64,000 nt of DNA, from positions 368,218,001-368,282,000 of the forward strand of contig OZ024740.1 in NCBI GenBank assembly GCA_964016885.1. The letters are read 5' to 3'. Under the pieces are notes generated by a model. That model made no database searches and had not been told where the DNA came from. It worked only from the letters and a program-made list of their open reading frames with translations. This document shows, in pieces, positions 25,365-39,270 of the stretch. This stretch comes from Eledone cirrhosa (taxonomy: Eukaryota). Position 1 is the first letter of the stretch; each line of letters opens with the position of its first letter. The position numbers and the translations under genes are program-made.

Positions 25365-25986
25365 TATCATGGCTAAAATAATGAAAGTGTGGGCCAACAT
25401 TAGTGCTGCAGGGTGTGATTATACTCTGGGGAAATTGTTGGTTTGGAGCCCTTTTTCAGTTAGTTCATCGAGTATTTGGAAAATGGCTGAAGGGAAAGTC
25501 ACGCTGTTGGCATAATCTCTTGCGTAGGAAATACCGGATGATTTAAGAATTTCGGGTTATGCGTGTTTTAACGTTTTATTTAGTATTTTGTGGTGTTGGT
25601 CCTTTCGTGGGATGTGTGCTTTGTCTGCGTCTGGTATTGTTCATATGAACTGTGCAGCTCGTCCCAGGTACATGTGTAGAGAAGCAGTCAACTGCGTGTT
25701 CAGAGCCTCTGGCGTGGTGAATGAAGACGTGTTTCAGGTTTTTGTGTTTGTGTTGGGGAGGCGAGCATGTGGTTTCATAGATTATGTCAACATTTTCGTA
25801 GTACTGTTTACTAAACATATGGATTGAGGTGGAGATGTAGGGAAATAAAGAAGTAGTTTATTATTAGTTGAAGTGGCAGAAATGTTAATAGTATTAACAG
25901 TAGAAGAATATGAAGTTGGTGATGATGATGATGATGGATTTGTTGTGGTGGCTGTTGTTTGTTTCATGACGTATTCAGTGAAAGTG

Positions 25987-26017
<31 letters not shown>

Positions 26018-26029
26018 ATATATATATAG

Positions 26030-26077
26030 TATGTATGTATACGTACATACATATATGTATACAGACGTACAGTAGCA

Positions 26078-26117
<40 letters not shown>

Positions 26118-26275
26118 TATACACATATGCATACAGGTACACATACATATATGCACGAATCAGTTTAGGCTGTTCGATTTGTTGACAAACAAACGAACAA
26201 AGCAGGCGTTATAATAAACGTCGGCTAAACTGATGCGTGCATATATGTATGTGTACCTGTATGCATATGTGTATA

Positions 26276-26363
<88 letters not shown>

Positions 26364-26412
26364 TGCTACTGTACGTCTGTATACATATATGTATGTACGT
26401 ATACATACATAC
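26030..26412. repeat. Inverted repeat of mixed unique and microsatellite sequence
   Basis: 26030-26170 is the reverse complement of 26224-26412 (cagacgtacagtagcatgc / gcatgctactgtacgtctg). Confidence 0.9.
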
Positions 26413-26469
26413 ATTTAAGTAAGTGCCATACTAAGAGTGAGAAATGAAATTTCGTTTTCATTTTTTTCA

Positions 26470-26508
<39 letters not shown>

Positions 26509-27689
26509 GAGACACCTCGGAATATATATTCAACAGAAAGTCAGAGATATTTATTGCGTAAGCAGTTGAAACGTATTACATACAAACAATTGTAAGTCAT
26601 ACATATACACACACAAGCTCACACACATGCACACACACACACTTATATATATATATGTGTGTGTGTGCTTGTGTGCATGTTTGTGTGTTGTCGTGCATGC
26701 GTGTCTGTGAATAAATATCGATACATATACAGAGACTCATATGGGTATATTTTTCGTGTGTTAGACTTCACTCTTCTATTTTCCATTCTATAATGCCTAA
26801 ATTTCTTATGCCGTTGCTGTGTTTTCTAATGTCATGATTCAGTTTTTGTTTGTTTTCGTTGTGTTCTACTGAAATAATATTATATATAAAATTTGTCAAT
26901 TTCTAACCCTCTTTTTCGCTTTCCTTCATTATGGAAATATATATTGTATGTTATATATTATTTTCATTTTGGTGCTTATGATTCGCTTGGTCGGACACTC
27001 TGTAATTACTGTTTCAGATAGATCGTGTCATTCAGTCAATCGATATTCAGGCAGTCAGTTGTCCTGTGCATAAATAATTGTCGGACTCCTATTTTGTTGA
27101 ATATTTTAGAGGGCTGTTTATATTTGCAGTTCAGGGGAGTGTTTATTCTTACTTTCGTTAATTGGTTTTCTGATGTTCTCTTATGTTGTTTTCTATACGG
27201 GCATCCAGTTCCTCTTTAACATTTATTCTAATGGAACAGTCATGATGTGTTATTATTCTGTTTGGAATTAGGTGTAGAGATGATGTTATATTTTTGTTGA
27301 GACTGTTATATTGTTGTCTATTTCTGTCATTCCGACGTTTGTCATACTTTCTCTTTATTTGATTTGTCTTACTGAACTATATGCATTTTCATTTTTTGTT
27401 GTATGTTTTAATATTACTGTTGTATTCCTTTCTACTATTGTAGGACGCTATGTTTTGTGCTAAAAGTAGGGACCGTGTATACTGTGCTTTTTGCCCCAGA
27501 CGCAGCACAGCCGACTCAATATAGAAACTGCGGGAGTTCTTCGAGAAATTGTGGGAGTGTTGCCAATATATATATACCTGTTTTTCCACCTTGAAGATGC
27601 ATATGACCGTCTTCCTCGGAACCTGCAGTAGAAGGGTGTGAAGGAGTATGGGATCGATGGTCAACTCCCTGCAGCCATGATGTCTCTAT

Positions 27690-28560
27690 AAGAATTCCCA
27701 AGTATTTGAGTTCGAATAAATGGTGCCAAAACTAAACCATTCAATGTTGAAGTAGGACTTCACCAAGGGTGCGTAGAGTCATCTCTACTTTTCATTATTT
27801 ACGTGAACATGATTGATATGTACAGGCGGTTTTTAAATGGTATGACAGGCGTGTATATAATCAGTCGACTTGACTTTGCAGACAAATTAGATCTCTAACT
27901 TGCACTCGATAGGCAAGATGCTGAATGTATGGCTGGAATGAACATCAGTTCTTCGAAAACTGAGACGCTCGTCCGCTCAAGGAAGCCTTCGCAGTGCACT
28001 CTACATGCAGATGGAGTTACACTGAAGCAGGTAGAGAAGTTCAAGAATACCGAGGTCGTGTTCCCGAGTGATAGAAGCTAAGAGGCTGAATTAAGTGCAA
28101 TAATAGTAAGAGCTGTTGCAGTAATGCGCAAACTTCAGCATTCACTAATCTGAAGAAGAGAGATAGACGCAAAAGCCAAACACTATCTTCAAAGCAGTAT
28201 TCGTGCCTACTGTTTTCTGTGGTCATGAATATGGGGATTCCCGGAAGAAAACTATCACGAGAATAAGCGGCAGAAATGGGGTTCCTTCAAAGGTTCTTTC
28301 GAATAACGTTACTAGATAAAGTGTACAGCTCGGAGATCAAGGAGTCACTCCAAGTAGAGCCGCTACTTCTCCGAATTGGGAGATTACAGTTCCGATACTA
28401 TGAGCATGAAGTTATAATCGCTGGGCAGATTTTCCGGGCAAAACCAACCAGCAGGAGACTCAGTGGTAGACTCCGAGCAATATGGTTGGATAACATCCAA
28501 GAGCTTTGCTTGTCTAGCTAGAGGATCCAGCTGGATCAGTTGGAACCGGTTACGTCATAC
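27690..28560 (+). mobile_element. Decayed RTE (Expander-like) LINE 3' fragment
   Basis: KPFNVEVGLHQGCV.S.LLFIIYVN, DFAD, EMGFLQR..ITLLDKV.SSEIKESLQVEPLLLRI. Confidence 0.8.
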
Positions 28561-28639
28561 AATAATTATATTTCTTGGAGTATCAGGGGGACAGTTCCCT
28601 CAAATCCACCTTCCAACTAGTCCTGGCATAAGCAACAGT

Positions 28640-30250
28640 CTCCAGTCAACCTTCAATATTCCCAAGTGAAACCACACAAGCTCATGAAAGATATCCATCC
28701 ATCTTGCTCACAGCTTATACCTGGGTCTCTAGACGGTTGGCTTTTACCAATAACATCTGTCCAGCGATTCTCTCCTGAGATATTCCAGCCCTATGATCAT
28801 AGTATCTGAGCTGTGATCTCTCAAATCGAAGATGTAGCTGCTCTGCTTAGGACAACTATCCGATCTTCGTGCTACGGACACTATCGAGTAATGTTACTCC
28901 GAGGAACCTTTGGAGGAACCCCATTTCTGCCACTTGAATTCGCGATCATATTCTTTCGGTTATACCCCAGGATTCATGACCATATCTATGGGTTGACACG
29001 AATATCGAATTGAAAATCGTGAGTTTGGCTTTTACACTTACCTCCTTTCTGGTTAGTTATGCAGTACTGGGGTATTACTGCACCAACTCTTGCATTTCTT
29101 GCAAGTAATTCAGCCTGCTGTCTGGCAGCGCTTGTGATCATGACCACGAGATACTTGAAGCCTCTATCTGCTTTAGTAGAACTACACTCCCGTAGAGTAC
29201 ATTGTGCAGGATTCCTTATGAGGATGAGTGTCTCGGTCTTTGTATCCTTGATTTTCGTTCCAGCCATGCAGCAATTAGTTGTAATACCAGGTCATCTGCA
29301 TATTCTATCCGTCTAAAACTACACCCGCTAGTCAGAATATCATTTCCAGTCTAGCTACGCCTCTCAGTCTTATTCTGACTCCCATATTGGATGCTTCGAT
29401 TTCGCACCACTGATCCGAATACAAATACTTGGTCTTTCGTATAGAGACATCAGTTGAACATAATGTTGTCCAGCGACCCCTACACCCATGCAAGATGTTC
29501 TACAACAGGTCCGGTGGAACTTTGTCATCATTCTTTTCAAGTTATACGAAGCAAGCATACAGACCTTCCCACGATTTCTCAAAAACCTTTGGCAGTGTAA
29601 ATATTCTACTGCGTCCAGCTTTAAAACCAGACTGTTCCTCAAATAATTTGGACTCGACATCTCCCTACATCTATTTGTCAGAGACTTACCATAAACTTTC
29701 CAGGGGAGGCTTAACAATAAGAGCTTTCTGCAATTGGAGCATTCAGTCTTATTTCCTCTTTTGAAAATTGGGATTATGTCTCCCGATTGTCATTTCTTAG
29801 CTGCATTTCCATATGCCTTTACCACACGGTACACACGATCCAGCAAGAGAATTCGTTCTCTGTATAAGGCTTTTAACATATCGAGTCGAATTTCATCCTC
29901 CCTATCGACCATGCCATATTTGGGCTCTTTATATGCTCTTGTGACTTCAGCCTCCGAGTAATTAGTCATCGTTCATATAGGCACCTCGTGTACACCAGAA
30001 ATCTTGTTGTGACCGGGTTTACGAGGTCGGCAATATAATTTATCCTCCTCTAAATGATGCACCTCCCTGGAGAGTGGAAAACCCCAGACGCGTTCCTGGT
30101 AGTTAACCAGGAGGAGGACTTATAATGGAGTCACGTTTGGTCGGCCAGAACATTTTATATGCTGATCTGAAGTTGAATTCCAGCTCAACCCAAATTTCTC
30201 CGATGGCTTAAACAGTCTAGACGCCATTTTGGACAAATACTGCTCGATGG
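28640..30250 (-). mobile_element. Decayed RTE (Expander-like) LINE fragment, opposite orientation
   Basis: IIPIFKRG, LLSLPWKVYGK, AGTKIKDTKTETL, FKYL; same family as 27690-28560. Confidence 0.75.
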
Positions 30251-30623
30251 ATTGTATATTTCTTAATATATGTTTATCTTAAAGTCTTTATCAATTGTTT
30301 GGTGATTTCAATCCTAGACAATAATCTAAGTTAATAGCTGTAGTAACACAAAACATCTTGTGTTCCGCTTTCTGAAGCTAGGAATATCATAACTGTATTT
30401 GTTGTCAATCTAAGCCTCTCCTTCGCGGTCTTCTCTTTTTCGTATATCACTATTAATAATGGAATTCGCGACAAGGCAATTTATTTTCGAAACATTAGCT
30501 ATTAGCTTTTAGCTGGTTATAAGGTATCATATGTATTATATATTATTGTATTTCCCAGGCCAATGAAATAAATATATAAGAATGGAAGCACTGTGTGTGA
30601 TACATCGGAGAGAGATTATATAT

Positions 30624-30681
30624 AGCTTCGTTTCAGCAAATATTTCTTATACTAAGTTACTCGGCCTGCTCTTCAGAAGCT
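30624..30681 (-). ncRNA. Degenerate hammerhead-like motif
   Basis: agctt-CTGAAGA-gcag..ttgct-GAAA-cg-aagct; the cleavage triplet appears deleted. Confidence 0.45.
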
Positions 30682-31970
30682 CTGGGCACTATTTGGAGAA
30701 TAAAAAAGAAACATACTCGTATATCCACTCCATCAGTTTGTTATTATGAACGTTGATCCATACAGTATTATGAAATATCAGAATAAAATATTTTCTAAAA
30801 TATTGAGTTTTAGATCGTAAATCATGCATCAGAAGGAATAAACAAGCCTATACACTGTTGTGACTCTACGATAATATATATATATATATCTAAAGCATCA
30901 GGAATATTTCTGAAATTTAGATTTGGGAATGATATAAATACATATGAAATAGGAGGAATTGTAATGTGTGGAAGATGACCAGTTGACATGCATGTATTAA
31001 ATCAAAGCACTGCCATAGCCAGTATGCTAAAGTATTTGGTTTGTCAGTCACACCATTTAGAAAACTGGAGCAGGATGACAAATTCTAAAAGAAACACGCT
31101 TTCTAAATTGTCGATTTTAGATTCCAAATTTACCCGACCACACCGATTTAACTCTAGGAAAGAGAGAACAGTAATGCTGTCATTTCACCTGCTACAATTA
31201 ATAGCAAATCGTCCATGAAAAGACAAAAAAGGAAAGAAAAAGAAATGAATATTCGATACTTTAGTTCAAAATAAACTATGCTGAAAGAAACATATGAGAT
31301 AGACTATGAAACAAATCGATTAGGGTTTTCTGTTGCTAATACGCAAATATATCAATAAGAAAATCATCTTCAAGCATAATGGATTATGCCATAACATATT
31401 AAAGAGGAATATCTGAAAATGAAACACAAAGATAAAAACGTGTCCGATATAAAAAGAGAAGAATGTACTACCACCTGCGTTTCCTCATGGAATTAATTCA
31501 TGAAGATGCGATATTTTCATTGTTAAAATATAGTATGTACAAGAAACGTATATATTCGGCAGCGAACCACTTTTTGAACATCCATGAAGTAATTTCCTTG
31601 TAGACGTGTCCGAATATACATCCTAATTAATCAATTGTTTGCTTTTAATAACTTTATGAAAGTAGCGATTAATGAAGGTAAATGAGTAGGAGAAAATGTA
31701 ATTAAATATGTTCGCTCTGAGATATAATTCGTAGCGTAAACACGTATATTGTATTAAAAGAACATAGTTTTTACTAAGTAGGACACTATATAACAAATAT
31801 CTTAATAAACGATATCATTCCTTGTATTGATTCATAATCAGAAGATTCAGTATATACAAACACAGTCATACACAGACATTCGCAGACAAAGACACACACA
31901 CACACACACAAACACAACTACACGCCCGCGAACACCCACCCACACACATACACACGCACACACACACAAG

Positions 31971-32001
<31 letters not shown>

Positions 32002-32056
32002 GTGTGTGTGTATGTGTGTGTGTGAGTGTATGTATGTATATATATATATATGAATA

Positions 32057-32178
<122 letters not shown>

Positions 32179-32264
32179 TGTGTGTGTGTGTGTGTGTGTA
32201 ACTGAAGTAATTCCGTCGGAAAGGTCCAGGAAAAAAGAGTGCTGTATGTAGGTTACAGAGCTTA

Positions 32265-33071
32265 ATAGTTATTTAATAAACAACATAAGGTAATTATTTC
32301 ATTTACCAGTGGTTTCTTGAAAGCAAACAAAATTTGCTTTCAATCATCACAATGAAAAAATCCTGGTGTATTTATTGACATCGGTTTTTAAAAACAAAAA
32401 TATAATCTATATGAAAGTGAGGCTGGAAAAGGAAGAAGGAAAGGAAAAATAAACACACATGCACACACACACATATACATACACACACATATATACATAC
32501 ACATATATATATACATACATTTATATATATATATATATAAATATATATACACATACATACGCATATACATACACGTACACATACACATACATATACATAC
32601 ACACATATATATATATATCCACATATCCATATATACACATACACACAAATACACAACCACACACACACACACACATGCATATATATATATATATACACAC
32701 ATAATCCTACATATATACCCACGTACATACACACACATACATACACACATATACACGCATACATACGCACACACAAATATAGATATATGTACACACACCT
32801 ACATACGCACACATACAAATAATTATAAGAACAAATATAATAATAAAAATAAATAGACAATAGGCGACCATATAGGCCGTCACATAAGAATAAAAATAAA
32901 TGTAAAAATTATTATTATAAAGGTGTCCGCGATACAGGAAACAAATAAATGAACAAACACACGTGGTAAGCAATACACACAATTACACATACACATACAT
33001 ATGAATAAATACATACACACACACATACACATACAAATATATATACACATACATACACACATATATACAAT

Positions 33072-33133
<62 letters not shown>

Positions 33134-33230
33134 CACACACACATACATATAAATACATACACACATGTATGTCTGTAAAACTCATTCTTAGATGTATTCA
33201 ATGAACCTTGTTTAACTCTAAAATATATAT
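32265..33230 (-). repeat. Left arm of a large inverted duplication (continues at 37300-37590)
   Basis: Reverse complement of 40630-41230 plus 46945-47258. Confidence 0.9.
32297..32357 (-). ncRNA. Type I hammerhead, one core substitution
   Basis: tttcatt-gTGATGA-ttgaaagcaaa/tttgctttcaa-GAAA-ccactgg-TA-aatgaaa; stems I and II perfect. Confidence 0.75.
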
Positions 33231-33382
33231 ATATATATATTAAAGTGTTAAACAATATTCAATGATTATGTCAAAGAATGAGTTTTATAGTAGATTGGAA
33301 GCACTCTACGGTAAAATAATTTTCCGGAGTTATTAATATTAAAATATAAATATTAATAAAATAGATGTTCTTTTGATCAATT

Positions 33383-33441
33383 ACATTTTACTATACATAT
33401 TTCGGATGTACAACAGTACGTCCTCATCAGACAAAATATAA
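33383..33441 (-). ncRNA. Minimal hammerhead, core intact
   Basis: CTGATGA-ggacgtac-tgtt-gtacatcc-GAAA-tatg-TA; stem I weak. Confidence 0.65.
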
Positions 33442-34939
33442 TGGTACATGTCATACCCTGAGATGTTAAATGGTTAAGATTTAATCAAGGTAGTGATTAA
33501 CCCAAGAGAACATTAAAACATATATACCCTAATTATGGGAAAATGCGAAAACGTAATAAATTCATTAGAGAATGTGCGAGTAAGAAAAAGCGTTGCTTAG
33601 TGTAACTGTTCTAGAGATTTAAAAATGTATGATACTACGATATATCTAGGAAAACATCTCATGAATCAAAACAGCCAGTGATAGCCACATAACATTATTT
33701 GATTATTTGATACACATAACATTAATTTATTAACTTTTATTAATTTTGATCAATACCGTCATTTCTTTATTTCTTTATTTCTATATCTATCTTCCTATCT
33801 ATGCTTATAATTTAGTCTAATACCCAATCCTTACATATTTACGGAACTTATCTATAACTGTGAATTTTTAATGAGTTTTTGATCTCTGTTAAATGTTAGT
33901 TTAATACCCAATCCATACATCTTTACGGAACTTATCGATAACTGAATTTTTAATGAGTTTTTGATCTCTTATTTATAGTATAATAAAATATAGTATATGT
34001 ATATATTTTTAAAATATATTTACTGCACTTTAAAATATAAAATTTAAAACAGACTCAAACTTATATATAAATGTGAATTTTTGCTGCGCTTTTGATCTCT
34101 TATTTATAATATAATGTATTATAATATGTATGTAGTTATATTTTAAATATTTTTAAATGTACCTACCACATTTCTGTATATATGATTCAAATATATAGAA
34201 AATATCCAAACTAAAAATTATTATAGACATTATTTTGAATGCATGCACTCATTATTGTTTTTCTTATATATATATATATTCAAATGTAACACGTTGAAAT
34301 CTACTTTATAAAATTATAACTGTTATCATTTACCTAAAGTATACTACACCACTAATACCTAATATATATCTATATATATACCTACCTATATCTTCCTATA
34401 CACAATTTTTACTTAACTTCTAAATCTCTTGATTACGTACACTCTGAACTAAGAATAGTTAATACACTTACGCCCCGATATATACGTGTATATTTAGCCG
34501 TAACACGCCTCAATTTATTTTTATTTACGTTATCATTTACCTAAAATATACTGGGTCAATAATATATATCTATATACATAATCGTTATTTAAATATTTCT
34601 AACAATAAATACTTCAGAAGCTTTACATACCTAATATGTTGATATCTTCGTTTAAGAATAATTAATACATTTACACCCAGTTATACATAGGTGTATATTT
34701 AACCTTAACACGCTCAATCTATTATCTTATTTTATTTTTATCTTCGGCGTTATTATTTACCTAAAATATACTGGCTCATTTATATATACCTATATACATA
34801 ATCGTTATTTAAATATTTATAACAATAAGTACTTCAAAAGCTTTACATAGCTAATATGTTGGTATCTTTGTTAAAGTTTAAATTTAGGTAAATAATCAAC
34901 ACTATAATATTTCATTCTTTATGTGCCAGCTAAATCCTT

Positions 34940-36147
34940 TGAATGTTACCCCAGATTTCGTGGTCAGTGAAAAGACGCGTGGCTCAAATCCCCAGTGACA
35001 GAAAACACTGCAGATTATGCCTGTCTGAGGCGGCGGAAATAATTAAATTAAAATCCGCCATAAACTATAGGTCGGACATAATTGTCAATTGCAGACATAC
35101 CAGGCTGAACACCTTTTCCGCACAAACATTCGGGGGAGGGCCACGCACTAACCATGACTCACCATAATAATAAACACATCTGCCCCGTATCACCATCGCC
35201 CATCTCAACGAATTTATGAATTTTGTTTTATTTTATCTTATTTTATTGTATTGCATGTAACCATCTGTAAGCCCGTATTTTGTATATCATGCCGCATACA
35301 TCACCCCCACCAAAAAATTACACTAACCATGACCCAGCATAAAAATAACTATCTCTGCCCCGTCTCACCATCGCCCATCTCAGCGAACTTAATTTTTGTA
35401 CTGCATGTAACCATTTATAAGCCGGTATTTTGTATATCATGCCACATACATCACCCCCACCAAAAATCACATCACCAACACCCCTCATCCTTGCAACATT
35501 GTGTTCGATCGGTCTACTATGATAGGTTTTACCTTACAATCCATAGTAACACGGGATCTTGTAAATACAATGTCGATCATATCACACCATCGCCACCACC
35601 ACCACACCACACATCGTCATATGTCTACCATACACACCCGCAACCTTATCCCCCATGTCTCCTCTGTCTAACCTAACCTATAACCCCACGCTAAATTCGA
35701 CACTGTAAATGTACTGTCGCGCGCACACACAACCACCGCCACCACTAGATACATCCACATACTTCAACAATCATTAACATCATTAACATCATCAACACAT
35801 ATCATCCCTCACTCCCAGATCGACTGTAATATACCCCCCCCTCTGCGTTACCCTGTAACACACCGTAACTTCTGATCATGTAATCATTTTGTCGAACATT
35901 TCACCCCAGCACCACCACCACGACCACAACACACATCGCCATACGTCCATAAACTATTCCCCCCTCCCCGGCGTTCCCTATGTCACCTTTTAACCTGTAA
36001 CCCATCGCACTATTCGATCCTGTATATTTTTGTTCCTCACAACTCCACCACCACCACCACCACAACACCTCCACTCCCGAACCAACGCAAGGTGTCTGTG
36101 TGTAAGTAATTTTTACATATACGGGCGTATAAATATGCGTGCGTGTA

Positions 36148-36193
<46 letters not shown>

Positions 36194-37295
36194 TACACGC
36201 TCGCATATTTATACGCCCGTATATGTAAGAAATACTTATATATATATATTTTTGTATATGTCTACATATAAGTATATAGGTGAATCAGTTTGTATGTGTA
36301 TGTGTGCGCGTATATGTGCATGTATGTGTATACGTGTGTGTCTGTGTATGAGTGTATATATATATGTGTGTGTATACGTGTGTGTGTGTGTATGTGTATG
36401 TTTTGTATACGTGTGTGTGCGTGTATGTGCCCATATTCGTATGTGTGTATGAGGGTATGTATGTGTATGTATATATGTATAACACCTTCTCCATTGCCTC
36501 TCACCTTCCCGCCATCTTTGTCCATTGCCACCCCCACCGATACTCCCCCGCTCTCCATATTTGTGTCCACATGCGCGCATGCACATACATGTGTGTATAT
36601 ACACATATGGTTGTGTATGCGCGTGTCTCGATATGTGTGGGCGAGGGTGTGCGTATGTGTTTTGTGTCTGTTTATACATCAATATATGTGCGCATATATA
36701 CATGTGTGTGTGTATACATATATACAACGTGTTTGCCAGACGAAGAGCGTCTAGCTATGTATCTTGGTAAGGACTTGAGACCACCAACACATTCACCACA
36801 CCACCACAAACGCCACTACCATAAACAACAACACCACAACCACACTCCCACATACGCCACCCCGTCTACCGACAATCCACTAACCTCATACCACAGCCCA
36901 TCCCAGTAAGCGACCATAACGACCATCATATCATCACATCCACCCACACATACTCTACAGGCCAAGGCCAACCCACCACCACCACCACACCCCATCTCAT
37001 CCACCGACCGTCACCAACATCTCACCATCACATTCCCCCCATATACACTACAGGCCAGTACATCCCCTTGATCCTTCCTACCAATCAAAACAACTCATTT
37101 TGTCAAACACTTGAAACTCTGACTTTACCACATAGCATGTATTTCATTTTCTAATAGCATTTTAAGAGTGTCCGTCGAGCCGCCGATTATTGAGTCGGGT
37201 AGGATCGATTCAGATTGAACCTTGAGCTGATCAGTGGCGGAACGCGCGTCACCTATCAATAAATGCAATGAAGGAGTAATCAATCGTCCTTGTTA
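34940..37295 (+). mobile_element. Penelope-like (Naiad-type) endonuclease tail with C-rich 3' region ending in a degenerate hammerhead
   Basis: ISWSVKRR..CRLCLSEAAEII..AINYRSDIIVNCRH at 34943-35167; at 37165-37255 stem gccgccgat/atcagtggc followed by ggaacgcgcgtc. The span may be composite. Confidence 0.6.
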
Positions 37296-37301
37296 TCTTT
37301 T

Positions 37302-37332
<31 letters not shown>

Positions 37333-37542
37333 AGAAAATACATAAATATTATATATATATAAAAATAAAAAAAGTGAAAGGGATAAACAATTAGTTGCGT
37401 ATACGACAAATAATAAATAAATAAATAAATAGATAATGGTATAAATGTTTATAGCTGATTTAGAGCATTCAACAATTTCCTGGAGCAAATAATCAATAAA
37501 AATAAGCATTAAATCACTCTGTATGTAATAATGCATATACAT

Positions 37543-37585
<43 letters not shown>

Positions 37586-37783
37586 CACACGCACTACGAT
37601 TTTTTTGACTTTCTGAACTCACTTTCTGTACTCTTATATTCTTTTTCTCCTTTATATCCCCTTATATTTAAACTTTTTCCTGTCATTTATTTTCCTTATT
37701 CCCCCTACTTTCTACCTTACCCTTTACATACCCACCTTTTTCTTTTTAGATGACTATTTCTGTGTGTGTGTGTGTATGTTGTG

Positions 37784-37862
<79 letters not shown>

Positions 37863-37972
37863 ATATGTATATATAATTATTTATATCTGTATGTATATGT
37901 ATGTGTGCATATAATTGTATTTTATATGTATCTGTTGTAATTGTGTTTGTGTGTGTGTATATATATATATAT

Positions 37973-39221
37973 ATGAAAATTTTTGTTCTTCATCAGTGAT
38001 CTTCCAACCATCATAGGCATTTCATCGCTTTAAAGACCATATACCTCCGGTTGGTGCGAGCAACGGCTAAAAAAAGTCGTTGGGACACGTAAATAAAGGG
38101 GACACGAGGGTAAACAAACAAAATGGTTTAAGCAACAGAAAGTGATGACGAAATAGACAAGTCGCAGATTTCTATGAATTTAAATTCGGTGAAATCGTGA
38201 ACGAGAGAATAAAGACCATCAAACCTGGTTGAAATGTGAGCAAGGAAGGAATTTCGCCCCTTCTTCTCCCCGTTAGACCTGTGCGAAATTCCTTCCTTGC
38301 TCATATTTCAACCAGGTTTAATGGTCTTTATTCTCTCGTTCACGATTTCACCGAGTTTAAATTCATAGAAATCTGCGACTTGTCTCTTTCTTCATCACTT
38401 TCTGCTGCTTAAACCATTTTTGTTTGTTTACCCTCGCGTCCCCCTTATTTACGTGTCCCAACGACTTATTTTAGCCGTTGCTCGCACCAACCGGAGGTAT
38501 ATGGTCTTTAAAGCGATGAAATACCTATGATGGTTGGAAGATCACTTATGAAGGACAAACTTTTCATATGTAACCCATTTGCAACGCCGCAGCTCAATTA
38601 TTATCATATTTACACATATATGTTTTCCTCTGCTTCTACCCGTCTGTTTCGTTCTTTGTATTTTTACCCTTTCTAGCAGTCCCTCTCTCTGTTAGCCTCT
38701 TCCTCACCCTTCACTCACTCATTCTATGTCACTACCTCTCCTCCTCCTCTTTCTTCCCGTTTGACCTGCATGTGATTCTTTTCTCTCGCACGCTGGCCAA
38801 GCTGGTATGAATGTTTTTTTCTCTCTCTCGTCTACGATTTCACAGAACTTATGTTTACCGAATTCGCAGACCAGACCACTTCTTCCCCCCGTTAGACTTG
38901 TGCGAAATTCCTTCCTTGCTCACATTTCAACCAGGTTTGATTGTCTTTATTCTCTCGTTCACGATTTCACCGAATTTAAATTCATAGAAATCTGCGACTT
39001 GTCTCTTTCTTCACCACTTTCTGTTGCTTAAACCATTTTGTTTGTTTACGCTCGCGTCCCCTTTATTTACGTGTCCCCACGACTTGTTTTAGCCGTTGCT
39101 CGCACCAACCGGAGGTATATGGTCTTTAAAGCGATGAAATGCCTATGATGGTTGGAAGATCACTGATGAAGGACAAACTTTTTCATATGTAACCCATTTG
39201 CAGCGCCGCAGCTCCATTATT

Positions 39222-39225
<4 letters not shown>
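37973..39225. repeat. ~300-350-bp unit present three times (one inverted, two direct), TA-flanked; probable PLE terminal repeat
   Basis: 37973-38257 is the reverse complement of 38283-38570; 38259-38608 is repeated at 38879-39225. Confidence 0.85.

Positions 39226-39262
<37 letters not shown>

Positions 39263-39270
<8 letters not shown>

Noticed and set aside
25400-25830. Possible coding fragment on the minus strand
   Set aside because: No identifiable motif in any frame; possibly a decayed element but unsupported.
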